Shown here piece by piece: positions 31,749 through 42,852 of a DNA stretch of 64,000 nucleotides. The position numbers and the translations under genes were made by a program. This DNA is from an uncultured Planctomycetaceae bacterium (GTDB taxonomy: Bacteria; Planctomycetota; Planctomycetia; Pirellulales; PALSA-1355), in assembly GCA_963785305.1 (NCBI GenBank), contig CAWAUV010000008.1, positions 1,216,001 through 1,280,000 of the forward strand. Direction: 5' to 3'. The notes below the pieces were generated by a model. It ran no database searches, was not told the origin of the DNA, and saw only the letters and a list, made by a program, of their open reading frames with translations. The stretch's first letter is position 1. Every line of letters starts with the position of its first letter.

Positions 31749-32153
31749 TTGGTGCTCATTTTCGACGGCGAATGTAAATTTTGCCTCGCCAGCGTCCGGC
31801 GGCTACTCGATTGGGATCGCGGTCGGCGGGTAGCCTACTTATCATTGCATGACTCCGAGGTCTACCTGCGCTATCCCGACTTGAAATTCGACGACCTGAT
31901 GCGAAGCATGGTGCTGGTCGACCCGCAGGGAGGGCGACATGCCGGAGCGGCCGCGGCGCGAGTGCTGTCGCGATCCATTCCGAGGCTCTGGCCGTTAGCC
32001 CCGCTGCTGCATCTGCCAGGAAGTTTGCCGCTGTGGCAATGGATCTATGGCCACATTGCCCGGCGCCGCTATCGCTGGGGCGGCGTCGCCTCATGCGAAA
32101 ATGGCCAATGTCGCCTACCCGGCCATGACCGGACTCCCCCCGGGCATGGGTAG
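31749..32153 (+). CDS. DCC1-like thiol-disulfide oxidoreductase (DUF393)
   Basis: IFDGECKFC (DxxCxxC), [11 protein letters not shown]. The true start may be 31667 with an indel. Confidence 0.85.
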   Translation: MVLIFDGECKFCLASVRRLLDWDRGRRVAYLSLHDSEVYLRYPDLKFDDLMRSMVLVDPQGGRHAGAAAARVLSRSIPRLWPLAPLLHLPGSLPLWQWIYGHIARRRYRWGGVASCENGQCRLPGHDRTPPGHG

Positions 32154-35054
32154 CGAAAATCCTGCAAAGGCGGAATCGGTGACCGAGCGATGGATTCGAG
32201 TGCGCCGCGCCGCGGCGCATAACCTTAAAGAGATTGACCTCGACATTCCCCATGGCCGACTGATCGTGGTCGCGGGCCTGAGCGGCAGTGGCAAGACCAG
32301 TCTCGCCCTCGACACGCTTTATGCCGAGGGTCAGCGCCGCTACATCGACAGCTTCTCCGCCTATACCCGGCAATTTCTCGAACGGCTGCAAAAGCCCGAG
32401 GCCGAGAGCATCGAAGGCATTCCGCCGGCGATCGCCGTCACGCATAAGAATCCTACCCGCTCGAATCGGGCCACGGTCGGCGCCGCGACGGAAACAATCG
32501 ACTATCTGCCCTGGTCTTCGCGCGGATCGGCCGGGTGTTTTGTGTCGATTGCGGCGCCGAAATCTCGCGAGACACCGCCGAGTCGGCGGCCGAGCGATTG
32601 GCCCGCTTGCCCGCCGGAGTTCGACTGATTATCGGCTGGGCGATCGAATCGCGACCCGGCGCGGACTGGAACTCCATCGCCGCCGCGCTTCGTGAAGAAG
32701 GCTTTGTGCGGGCGATCGTTGGTGGCCGATCGCTCGATCTCACCGGACTCGCGGGCTTCGAGACCGAGCGGTCGGCCGCCGACACTCTATCAAAGGGCCC
32801 CTGCCACGGAATCGTCGATCGGCTCACGGCCGGCTCGGCGCCCGAGCGACTCCGCGATTCGCTCGAAACGGCATTCGCCAAGGGACATGGGCATGCCGTG
32901 ATCTTGGCCGAGCTCACCGAAAAACTAAGCGACTCGGTCGCCGCTTCCGTAATGGGGGGGCGAGAGACCACGATCGACGGGCGACCCTGGCATCTTGCTC
33001 GGCTCGGTACCGCGTTTCGCTGCGAGAACTGTGGCCACGATTATCCCAACCCGGAACCAAAGCTTTTCAGTTTCAATAGCCCGCTGGGGGCGTGTCCCGT
33101 GTGTGAAGGCTTTGGCTCGATCGCGGAGCTGGACCTCGAGCTGAATTGTTCCCGACCCCGGCAAATCGATCGCCAACGGGGCGATCGCGCCCTGGAACAC
33201 CCCGGCCTATGCCCACGAGCTAAGGGAACTGCTCGCGCTGGCGTCGGACTATAAACTGCGCGTCGATGTCCCGTTTTCCGAACTCACGGACGCCGAGCGC
33301 GAGATCGTGGCCCACGGGGTTAAGGAGCGCGATTTCGGCGGGCTGGATGGTTTCTTTGCTTGGCTCGAGCGGCGTAAATACAAAATGCATCATCGCGTGT
33401 TCTTGAGCCGCTGGCGGCGCTATCGCCCCTGTGCGGCGTGCGGCGGAACTCGGTTGCGGAATGAAGCCTTGGCCACGCGCGTGGGCGGGAAGAACATTGC
33501 GGAAATTTCGCGGATGAAGATTTCCGTCGCGCGTGAATTCCTCGATCGGCTCGATCTCACGCCGCACGAGCGGTCGATTAGCCACTTGATGCTCGACGAA
33601 ACCCGGCGCCGGCTCGCCTTCTTGGAGCAGGTGGGCCTCGGCTATTTGTCGATCGATCGCACGCTCCGCGACCTCAGCGGCGGCGAAGCCCAGCGGGTAG
33701 CGCTCACTTCGGCGCTCGGCTCGAATCTGTCGCACATGCTGTATGTGCTCGACGAGCCTTCGGTCGGCCTTCATCCCCAGGATGTCGGCGCCCTGCGCGA
33801 CGCGATCTTGCGGCTGCGCGATCGAGGGAACACGGTCGTGGTCGTCGAGCATGAAGAGGCGATCATTCGCGCGGCCGACGAAGTGCTCGAAATCGGTCCC
33901 GGCGCCGGCGAACGCGGGGGCAAGCTCGTGTTTCAGGGCAATCCCGCCGCCATGCTCGCCAGCGAACGAAGCCTCACCGGGGACTATCTCGCGGGCCGCC
34001 GCGGCCGCGGAGGGACCGCCCGCCGTCGCGCGCCACCCACGGATCGGTTCGCCTGGTCGGCGCCCGGGGCAACAATCTGCAAAACCTCACCGTGGAGTTT
34101 CCGCTCGGCGTGCTCTGCCTTGTGACTGGCGTGAGCGGGGCCGGTAAAAGCACGCTCGTCGAAGACACGCTCTATCCGGCCTTGTGCCGCCGCTTGCGAA
34201 AAGAAGCACCCGCGCCGCTCGACCACGACGATGTGTTTGGCGATGGCCAACTTCAAGATGTCATTCTCATCAATCAAGAGCCGATCGGTCGTTCGCCGCG
34301 TTCGAACCCGGTGACGTATATCAAGGCGTTCGACGAGATTCGCGCCCTGTTCGCCGAGACCCTCGAGGCCCGCACGCGCAACTACACCGCCGCTCATTTC
34401 AGTTTCAATGTCGAGGGCGGTCGCTGCACCGCCTGCAATGGCGACGGCGCGATCGTGATCGACATGCAGTTCATGGCCGATGTGTACATGACCTGTGGTC
34501 AATGCCGCGGCCAGCGGTATCGCAAGGAAATTCTCGAAATCAAGCATCGCGGGCGCAACATTGCCCAGGTGCTCGATCTGACGGTTCGCGAAGCGTTTGC
34601 TTTTTTTCGCGGCCAGCCCAAAGTGCAAGCCAAGCTCAAGCGGCTGATCGATGTGGGGCTCGACTACTTGCGACTCGGCCAGGGGGCCAACACGCTCAGC
34701 GGCGGCGAGGCCCAGCGATTAAAACTCGCCAGCCACCTGGGTGGCATGCGGCGGGGACGAACCCTGTTCGTGCTCGACGAGCCCACGACCGGCCTGCATT
34801 TTCAAGATGTCGCGCAATTGCTCGATTGTCTCGAAGCGCTCTTGGCCGTGGGACATTCGCTGATCGTGATCGAGCACAATTCGCAAATGATGCGCGCCGC
34901 CGACTACATCATCGACCTGGGGCCCGGCGCCGCGGATGAAGGCGGCCGCGTGATCGCCACCGGGCCGCCGCAAGCCATCGCCGCCGTGAAAGAGTCCCCC
35001 ACCGGCCGCTTGCTCGCCGAAGCGCTCGCCGACGAACCGATTGAAACGCCATGA
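32146..35054 (+). CDS. uvrA: Excinuclease ABC subunit A (several frameshifts)
   Basis: [66 protein letters not shown], second [21 protein letters not shown]. Confidence 0.93.
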
Positions 35055-35124
35055 GTCGCGTTCGCGGCATGACTCCCTTGCCCGTGGCGCCGATACAAAC
35101 GTGAAGCGCCAGCGGCCGAGCCAA

Positions 35125-35220
35125 CACAAGCCTGAAGCGCCAGCGAAGGAATTCGCTTCATCTCGACGTATTTCCGCACTCGATCTTCCGGAATTCTTTC
35201 GCTCGCGCTTCAAGCTTGTG
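35125..35220. repeat. REP-like inverted repeat pair between convergent uvrA and recJ
   Basis: CACAAGCCTGAAGCGCCAGCGAAGGAATTC (35125-35154) and its reverse complement at 35191-35220, 27/30 identical; a partial third copy lies near 35094-35114. Confidence 0.8.
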
Positions 35221-35326
35221 CGCCTCTTCGCCGGTCATGTAGCCGCGACGGTCGGCCGAGTGGCATGTCTCCACTTGCCGTGGGCATGAGCTCGCAACTG
35301 GAATATCACTCGCGATTCGCCGCTGA

Positions 35327-37161
35327 TCAGCTCTCCGCCGACGATCCGATCGACCCTTTGCCCGCGGTCAGCGCCGAGTCGGACACGCGCCAGTCGACCA
35401 CTTGCATTTCCACCGTTCGGCGCCCTTTGAATTCATTGATCACGGGACGAAAGGCGAGCGAAAGCGGGCCATCGACCGCAGCCAGCGCTTCGGCCCATTC
35501 TCCTCCGCCAAACGCCACGCCGCGCATCACCGCTCCGTGCTGCCGCACCTTGAGAGAAAGGTGCCGCTCGCCGCCGCCGATCTTGCGCGGCGGCTCAGCC
35601 AGTTCGACATCGCTCACCGCCAACACCGGCCGCGGATTTCCATGACCAAAGGGCGCCAAGCGTTCCATCTGCGAGAGCGATTCGAGCGTGAGCATGCTGA
35701 GGGTGGTTTCGCCATCGATCCGCAGTTCCGCCACCGGGCTCGCGCCGGCAAGGACTCCCGCGGCGTGTTCGCAAAACTCGCCGCGGAATGCCTCGACCCA
35801 TTGGGCGTCGATCTTGAGTCCGGCCGCCGCGGCATGCCCACCGTGGCTGACGAGGCGCGACGAACATTCCGCCAGCGCTTCATGCAGATCGAAGCCTGGC
35901 ACACTGCGGGCCGAGCCGACGCCCGGCTTTAGCCCTAGCTCGTCGAGCGAAATCACGATCACCGGCCGATGATGTTTTTCGGCGAGCCGGCCAGCCACGA
36001 TGCCGATCACGCCCGCATGCCAACCGCGACCCGCGAGCACTAGGGCCCGGTCGTTTTCCAGATCGAATTCTTGGGCTTGCTTGCTGGCGGCCAAGTACAC
36101 GCTACGCTCGAGACTCTCGCGGCTCGAGTTCAGCTCGTGCAGGTACTCGGCGAGGGCCTGAGCGCGGTCGGGCGATTCGGTGGTGAGCAGTTCGACGCCC
36201 AGTGTCGCTTGGCCCAAGCGGCCGGCCGCGTTGAGCCGCGGAGCGATTGCAAAGGCGATATCCTCGCTCGAGAGCTCGCTATTTTCCGCGAGCTTCGTCA
36301 CTTTGAGCAGCGCTTCGATACCCGGCGTGGGCTGATGCTTGAGGCTCTTGAGCCCATGCCGGACGAGAATGCGATTTTCGAAGCAGCCGTTGACCACGCC
36401 CAGCGGCACGACATCGGCCACGGCGCCCATCGCCGCGAGTCCGAGCGCTTGCACGAGAAAGTTTTTCATCCGCTCGCCCACCCGCTTGGCCTGGCTCGCC
36501 TGTTGGCACAGGGCCCACGCCAGCTTGAAGGCCACGCCCGCGCCGCAAAGGCCGGGAAACGGATAGGGGGGCAGCCCGCTCAGTTCGCTGGGCAAGAGCG
36601 GATGCACGATCGCCGCCGCCTCGGGCATTTCAGCGCCAAACGGATGGTGGTCCGTGATGATCAGTTCCAGGCCGAGCCGTTTGGCCGTGGCCGCTTCGCG
36701 CGGGCTGGCGGCGCCGCAATCGACCGTGATCACCAGTTCGGCGCCGCGGCTGGCGAGCGTGGCCAAGGCTTCGTCGTTGAGCCCATAGCCTTCATCAAGC
36801 CGATGCGGCACATAGTACCCCACCTGGCGCCGCCCACGAGACGAATGCATTGCACGAGAATCGCGGCGCTGGTCATGCCGTCGACATCGTAGTCGCCGTA
36901 GACGAAGATTTTGCGACCCGCGGCAATGGCGGCGGCGATGCGCTCGGCGGCCCGAGTGGCGCCGGGCAAGGTTTCCGGGTCGAGGAGCCCGACGAGTTTC
37001 GGATCGAGAAACTCACGAATTTCGTCGGGCGATTCGATGCCCCGGCACACGAGCAACTGGGCCACGACCGTCGACACGCCCGCGGCGCGAGCCAGCGCGG
37101 AGACACGCGCGGCGTCGTGGGGGGCGATGCGCCAATGTTTGCTGCGATGCTCGCTGGGCAT
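35327..37161 (-). CDS. recJ: Single-stranded-DNA-specific exonuclease RecJ (frameshift near 36830)
   Basis: YGDYDVDG, ITVDCG, ITDHH, ADVVPL..ENR, PRLNAAGRL, GVIGIVAGRL, GGHAAAAG, PFGHGNP. Confidence 0.95.
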
Positions 37162-37451
37162 ACCGTTGCCGTGACCGGCGCGTCTTCCTTGATTTGGGGC
37201 ATTGCTTCGGGAAAGTCGCGATCTCTCGAAGGCATCAACTTGCCCGCGGCGGGCGCGTGCGAAGCCTCTTATTGAAACAGTTCGCCGATCGAGCGCCAAC
37301 CCCGGCGAGTGGAAGCCGTCTTGAATCGCGCGGCTGGGTCCGAATTCAGCCCGCTACTTGCGACCGGGCTCGGCCTGTGCGTATCTTTAAGGCTGCCGCG
37401 GTGTTGGATTCGCGGCCCGATCGCCCCCCCACTCTCTCGCCGAGGTCTTCC

Positions 37452-38618
37452 ATGCGCCTGACGATTCTCTTGCTGCTGGTGTTTGCCGTCGCCGAAGGTT
37501 CGTTCGCCACGACTTCGTCCGCCGAGGAGCCCGGCAAGCAGATCACCTTCAAGAAGACCAAGCTCGACGACAAGTTTCGCAGCGAGGGGGCCAGCATCGG
37601 CGATTTCAACCACGATGGCAAAATGGACATCTCGGCCGGCAATGTCTACTACGCCGCGCCTGACTGGAAACTGACCCCGATCGTGGCCAATGCGAAGGAG
37701 TACGATCCGCATGGCTATAGCGAATCGTTCTGCAACTATGCCGACGATGTCAATGGCGACGGTCGCACCAACCTGATCGTCGTTGGCTTTCCGGGCAAGG
37801 AAACCTGGTGGCATGAGCAGCCGGCCGAAGCGAGCGGCGCTTGGACCAAGCATGTCGTCACGCCAATTACGAACAACGAAAGCCCCGATTTGCTGAACGT
37901 TATCGGCGATGCGAAACGCGAATTGGTTCTCGGGTTCGACCCCGGCAAGTTCGTGGGACTCGCCGAGCGAACCGCCGACGCGGCCGCGCCTTGGAAGCTG
38001 ATTCCGGTGTCGGCCACCGGTTCGCCGGGCTCCGATCGCTTTTCCCATGGGATCGGCGCCGGCGATATCAATGGCGATGGTCGGAATGATGTGCTGATCA
38101 CGAACGGTTGGTGGGAACAGCCCGCCTCGCCGAGCGAAGGCTCGTGGACGTTTCATCCGGTGAATTTCGGCCCGGCGTGTGCCCAAATGCTCGTGTACGA
38201 TTACGATGGCGATGGCGATAACGATGTGTTGACCACGAGCGCGCACAACATCGGCGTCTGGTGGCACGAACAGACCAAGGACGGCTGGCGGACTCAGGAG
38301 ATCGACAAGAGCGTGTCGCAGACGCATAGCGTGTGTCTGGCCGATATCAACGGCGACGGGCTCGCCGATTTCGTCACCGGCAAGCGCTGGTGGGCCCACG
38401 GTCCCAAGGGCGATGTCGGCGCCGATCAGCCCGCGGTGCTGGACTGGTTCGAGCTGAGCCGCAAAGACGGCAAGCCAGTGTGGACCCGCCACGAGATCGA
38501 CAACAACTCGGGCGTCGGCACCCAGTTCGAGGTGGGCGATATCAATGGCGATGGTCTGCTCGATATCGCCGTGGCCAACAAACACGGAGCCTTCTGCTTC
38601 TTGCAAGAGCGGCATTAA
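37452..38618 (+). CDS. Secreted FG-GAP/VCBS repeat protein
   Basis: Signal peptide; repeated D-x-N-x-D-G-x-x-D motifs (DFNHDGKMD, DINGDGRND, DYDGDGDND, DINGDGLAD, DINGDGLLD). Confidence 0.88.
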   Translation: MRLTILLLLVFAVAEGSFATTSSAEEPGKQITFKKTKLDDKFRSEGASIGDFNHDGKMDISAGNVYYAAPDWKLTPIVANAKEYDPHGYSESFCNYADDVNGDGRTNLIVVGFPGKETWWHEQPAEASGAWTKHVVTPITNNESPDLLNVIGDAKRELVLGFDPGKFVGLAERTADAAAPWKLIPVSATGSPGSDRFSHGIGAGDINGDGRNDVLITNGWWEQPASPSEGSWTFHPVNFGPACAQMLVYDYDGDGDNDVLTTSAHNIGVWWHEQTKDGWRTQEIDKSVSQTHSVCLADINGDGLADFVTGKRWWAHGPKGDVGADQPAVLDWFELSRKDGKPVWTRHEIDNNSGVGTQFEVGDINGDGLLDIAVANKHGAFCFLQERH

Positions 38619-38648
38619 CAGCCTGTCGAATATATCAGCAGGCTGCTA
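38616..38648. terminator. Hairpin between convergent genes
   Basis: TAACAGCCTG...CAGGCTGCTA imperfect inverted repeat starting at the FG-GAP stop codon. Confidence 0.45.
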
Positions 38649-38682
38649 ATCCGCGGGGTCTCGCTCGGACGTCGCGTCGCTG

Positions 38683-39929
38683 TCAGCTATCGGCGGCGGC
38701 GAATTCGCTTTTCATTTCGTCGATGCGTTGGAACACCACATCCAGCTCGTCTTTGAACAGGTCGCCGATCAAGAGGTCGGTCAAGTAGCCTTTCAAATGC
38801 GGGTGGCGCTTCACGAACGCGCCAAAGCTGAATCCGTTGTAGTATTCGCACACCAGCCGCCGCATGCGATCCATGCCGCGCACATATTCGGGCTCCCACT
38901 TGCCGAGCTGCGCCGCTGCTCGTCTCGCCCATGGCCAGACCTTCAACCACGGCGTCGGCCGCGAGTTGCCCGCTCTTAAGGGCCAAAAGCACGCCGGAGG
39001 AATAGAGCGGGTCGAGAAAGCCGAAGGCGTCGCCCACCAGCACCCAGCCATCGCCGGCCGCTTGCCGCGAGCGATAGGAATATTCCTTGGCGGCGAAAAA
39101 CTCGGTCAGCCGCCGCGCCTTGGCGATGCGCGGTTGCACGCCGACGCACTTGGACACCTCTTCGAAATAGATCGTCTCCAGGTCCTTCGAGGCTCGATTC
39201 TTGAACAAATAATCGAAATCGGCGACCACGCCGACGCTGAGAATGTCGTCGTGGAGCGGGATATACCAGAACCAGCCTTTCTTGCTTTGGGTCTGAATCA
39301 CGATCGTGGCGCCTTCGTCGCGGCCCGTGTCGCGATAGGCGCCTTCCCAGTAGGTCCACACGGCGGCTTTCTTCAGTTCGGGATCCCACTCACGAAGGTT
39401 CAGCCGGTCCATGATCATCGAGCTTTGGCCACTGGCGTCGACAACCACCTCGGCTTTCACGACTTCGCTCTCGCCGCCCTCGCGCGTGCAGTCGCACGCC
39501 GACGGCCCGCTCGCCCTCGAACAGCACTTCGAGCACGCGCGCTCCTTGTTCCACGGCCACGCCGTGCTCGGCCGCGTTGTCGAGCATGAGCTTATCGAAT
39601 TCGCTCCGCCGCACTTGCCAGGTTTGCGAACATTCGTGGGGCTTGTTGTCCCAGAAATAAAACGGTTCCGAGAGCCGACCCGAGGCGCCGACGAACTGCA
39701 CGCTGTGCTTTTGCACGAAATGGCTGCCCTTCATTTTGGGCAGCATGCCGAGCCGCTCGAGCACCCAATAAGTTTCGGGAATCATCGACTCGCCGATATG
39801 GAAACGGGGGAAGTGTTCGCGCTCGAAAAGCCGCACCTGATGACCGGCCTGGGCAATGAGCGTGGCGGCGGTCGATCCCGCGGGACCGCCACCGATCACC
39901 ACCACGCCGTGGCTGGAATTGGAACTCAT
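38683..39929 (-). CDS. Flavin-dependent halogenase-like oxidoreductase (frameshifted)
   Basis: IGGGPAG, FPRFHIGES, FVQK (conserved Lys), VDASG, GWFWYIPL (WxWxIP), GDAFGFLDPLYSSG. Confidence 0.85.
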
Positions 39930-40010
39930 GTTCTTGTCTCCCAGGGTTTTTTAATGAATGGTTGTTCGCCGCCGGCGCTGAATGGCCCGTTATCACGAAG
40001 AGTAGCCTGG

Positions 40011-40497
40011 TCACCACGGACGATCCGGCGGTTCGTGTGGCTCGCGGGCCTCGTCGAGCAGCGCGACGAGTTCCCTAAGCTTGCGCCGGCCGAGGTGGCC
40101 CAACTGCCGCACGTGGCGCTCGCGCACCGGGTCCGCCAGGGAGTCGACCAGCGCGAGGCCGGCCGAGGTGATGCCCACTTGCACGATCCGGCGATTGCCG
40201 ACGACTCGCCCACGCTTGACGAGCCCGCGCTTCGAGTTTGTCGATGAGTCGCGTGATATCGGGCGCCCGCGAAATCAGGCGGGCGCCCAAGGCCAGCGTG
40301 GGCATGCCCTCGGGCCGGGCGGCCTGGAGCAGCCGCAGCACATTGTACTGCTGGGCCGAGATTCCGTGCGGGCCAAACAGATCATCCTCGAGCGCTTTGA
40401 GGCGATCGTAGGCGCGCCAGAGGCTCAAATAAGCCTGCTGTTCGAGCGAGTCGAAGTTTCGCTGTTTTAGCTTGGGCGGACGCGCGGTGGTGGCCAT
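40011..40497 (-). CDS. MarR family transcriptional regulator (frameshifted)
   Basis: FDSLEQQAYLSLWRAYDRL, ISAQQYNVLRLL, PDITRLIDKLE; C-terminus ends PW* at 40011. Confidence 0.88.
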
Positions 40498-40656
40498 AAT
40501 TCGCCAATGATAACGCGACCCGCGACAAATGTCCAGACAACAGTTGTTAGAACATCCATGCGCGCCGCGCGTGGCCTCGGCGGAGCCGCGCCCAGCCTGA
40601 GCGCTGGTGCTCCAAAACATGGGGGCGAAATCTCGTGGTCGCCGCTGGTTTCGCGT

Positions 40657-42153
40657 TCAACCCGCTTTCACGCCGCGGTCGAAGGCGTCTTGGTCGCGGC
40701 TGTAGAGAGCCAGCGTCGATTCGAAGCGTTCGCTGGTCACTCGCCAGCAAGGCGCCTCGTCGGTGTAGGCGTTGCAATGACCGGCGAACAAGCGGTAGAG
40801 AAATTTGAACAAATGCCGCGGCACGCGCAGCCCTCGGAAAGCGTCCATCAAACGCCGCTCCGAAACGCTCTCGTCGAACATCTCGCGCAGGCTCGGGTTC
40901 TGGCCCGGCAACGCGCACGCCCGCACCCGGGCCAGAGCCACATCGTAGAGCGCTTCGCCGGTCCATTCGAGCGACGGAATCATGTTTTGCTTGTCGAGCC
41001 GCGCCCGCTGGTAAAAGTCGCGATCCTCGCGATCGATGAACTGTGAAAGCTCGATCGGCAAGAGCAGCTTGAAGCCGATGCCCTGGTGCTTGAGAAACTT
41101 GTTGTCGAGCATCGGCCAAAGCAGGGCCCGCATCTGATCGACCGAGCCGTTGATCAAATGCGGCTCATCGACCCGATCGACCAGCACCACGATCCCGCGA
41201 TAGCCGAGCGTCTGCAAGATGCTTTGAAATTTCGAGAGCAATTCATAGCGATCGTCGGTGCGCGGCTTCGCGGGCAACGGCTGGCCAACGAGCGCGGGCC
41301 CGGAGAAGTTCATGAGCACGCTGGTGAGCGGCCATGTTTCGCGGCGGCCGACGCGCACATTGCGCACGATGGCCCGCGCTTGCCAGAACCTTCGCCACAG
41401 TCGGGCGAGCCAGGGCAGCCAGCCAGCGAGAATCAAAAGATAGGGCCATACCGAGGCGAGCCATTCTTTTTCATGGAGCGCGATAACCGCCGCCGGCGTC
41501 GCGATGCTTACCGCAATGCCCAAAAGCAGCCGCCACGACTGGGGCCACGCGCGAAACCGCAGCTTGCGCCGCAACTTGCGCCAGCGGCCCTTGGTCGTTT
41601 CAGCGCTCGATTGATCGTAGCAAGCGGCCAAGAGCAGCAGGTCACGAGCCTGATGCGCGTCGAGCCGGCGCGCATCGAGCGGCTCTTCGATCGCCTCGGG
41701 CCGGCCGGGGCGCGCGTCGGCGCCGCGGGCAGAGAGCAACCGATCCACGAGCCCGGTGACACCCAGCGAGAGGATCGCGTCCATGTGGTCCCAGAGCTTC
41801 CATTCTCCGAGCACGCGGTCGCTCCGCTTGCGGCGCACTGCGGCGCGGAAGCGGTCGAGAAACGGGTTGAAGTCATCGTATTCGATGATCCAGACTCGGC
41901 CCTCGGGGTGGCTGGCGTTGTAGCTCGACAGATGCCGCACGATCTGCAATCGCATGGCGGTTTTGCCGGCGCCTTTTTCGCCAAACACGATCGAGGTGGC
42001 CGGCGTGGCGGGGTCGCCATAGATCTTGTCCCAGGTCGGATGGTAGGCGCTGGAGATGCAGTGATCCCTGAAAACCGGGTCGGTTTGGGCGTCTTCCTCG
42101 GCGAAAGGGTTGGCGCCGACACCGTGGTGTTCAAGAAACTGCTGCGTTTTCAT
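40657..42153 (-). CDS. Uncharacterized membrane-associated P-loop NTPase
   Basis: Walker A GEKGAGKT, Walker B-like IVVLVDRVDE, and two hydrophobic helices between them. Confidence 0.75.
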   Translation of the reverse strand: MKTQQFLEHHGVGANPFAEEDAQTDPVFRDHCISSAYHPTWDKIYGDPATPATSIVFGEKGAGKTAMRLQIVRHLSSYNASHPEGRVWIIEYDDFNPFLDRFRAAVRRKRSDRVLGEWKLWDHMDAILSLGVTGLVDRLLSARGADARPGRPEAIEEPLDARRLDAHQARDLLLLAACYDQSSAETTKGRWRKLRRKLRFRAWPQSWRLLLGIAVSIATPAAVIALHEKEWLASVWPYLLILAGWLPWLARLWRRFWQARAIVRNVRVGRRETWPLTSVLMNFSGPALVGQPLPAKPRTDDRYELLSKFQSILQTLGYRGIVVLVDRVDEPHLINGSVDQMRALLWPMLDNKFLKHQGIGFKLLLPIELSQFIDREDRDFYQRARLDKQNMIPSLEWTGEALYDVALARVRACALPGQNPSLREMFDESVSERRLMDAFRGLRVPRHLFKFLYRLFAGHCNAYTDEAPCWRVTSERFESTLALYSRDQDAFDRGVKAG

Positions 42154-42218
42154 GCGAACCCTTGGCCTAGAAAGACGGACAAACCAACGATCGCGCTCCG
42201 CGATCGCAGCGCAGGCGC

Positions 42219-42794
42219 TCAGTTCGACTTGATCGAGTCGATCATCTTCTGAAACGCTTTTTCGTTGTCCGCCACGGTCTGCTGACCGCCATAGAATTTC
42301 ACGAAGTATTGCACGCCCCGCTTGCCGCGAATAATCGCCGCCAGCATGCGATATTTCGGCCGCTCGACCGCGGGAATGCCCGAAAACGGTCCACGGCTGT
42401 CCTTGTAAGTGCCCGAAATATCGACCACATGCACGTCGAGCCCGTGGATTTGCGACTCGGTTTTCTTGGCCACCTTGTGGGTGTCGCCGCTATCGGGCTG
42501 GGAGAATTGGCCGATCCAGCGTTCGATGTTGTCGTCGACGCTGCCGGCGGCGCCCATCACGGTGACGCGGCCCGCGTCCTTTTCGCCTTCGGCCGGGGGC
42601 ACGGCGAACTCGTATTCGATGATGCGATTTTCCGGCTTCTTGGGCTGCCAAGTTTCGGGGAACTGAAGTTCGATGGCGCCGTCGGCGACCGAGATGCGAT
42701 GCTCGTCTTTCTTTTCGTCGTCGGCGCGAGCCGGCGCCGCGGTGAACACAGCGAGCGCGACCAGCGCGAGCAGCAACAAAGTGGAGCGTGGCAT
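42219..42794 (-). CDS. Secreted hypothetical protein (possible PsbP/Mog1-like fold)
   Basis: Signal peptide MPRSTLLLLALVALAVFTAAPARA; P..W, GSVDDNIERWIGQF, VDISGTY, YFVKFYG. Confidence 0.7.
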   Translation of the reverse strand: MPRSTLLLLALVALAVFTAAPARADDEKKDEHRISVADGAIELQFPETWQPKKPENRIIEYEFAVPPAEGEKDAGRVTVMGAAGSVDDNIERWIGQFSQPDSGDTHKVAKKTESQIHGLDVHVVDISGTYKDSRGPFSGIPAVERPKYRMLAAIIRGKRGVQYFVKFYGGQQTVADNEKAFQKMIDSIKSN

Positions 42795-42852
42795 GGAGTG
42801 GGTTCCTTCGGGAAGAGGAGCGGCCGGGTCCGGAGCACGGCGGGCGCAAAAC

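Noticed and set aside
32146..35054. Programmed frameshifting in uvrA
   Set aside because: There are several shifts without slippery heptamers, matching the window-wide indel pattern.
35094..35220. CRISPR array
   Set aside because: Copies are inverted and few, with no regular spacers and no cas genes.
37269..38615. Long antisense ORFs (also 46227-47987, 61984-63837, 42673-44148, 56758-57840)
   Set aside because: Shadow ORFs opposite well-supported genes in GC-rich DNA, with no recognizable motifs.
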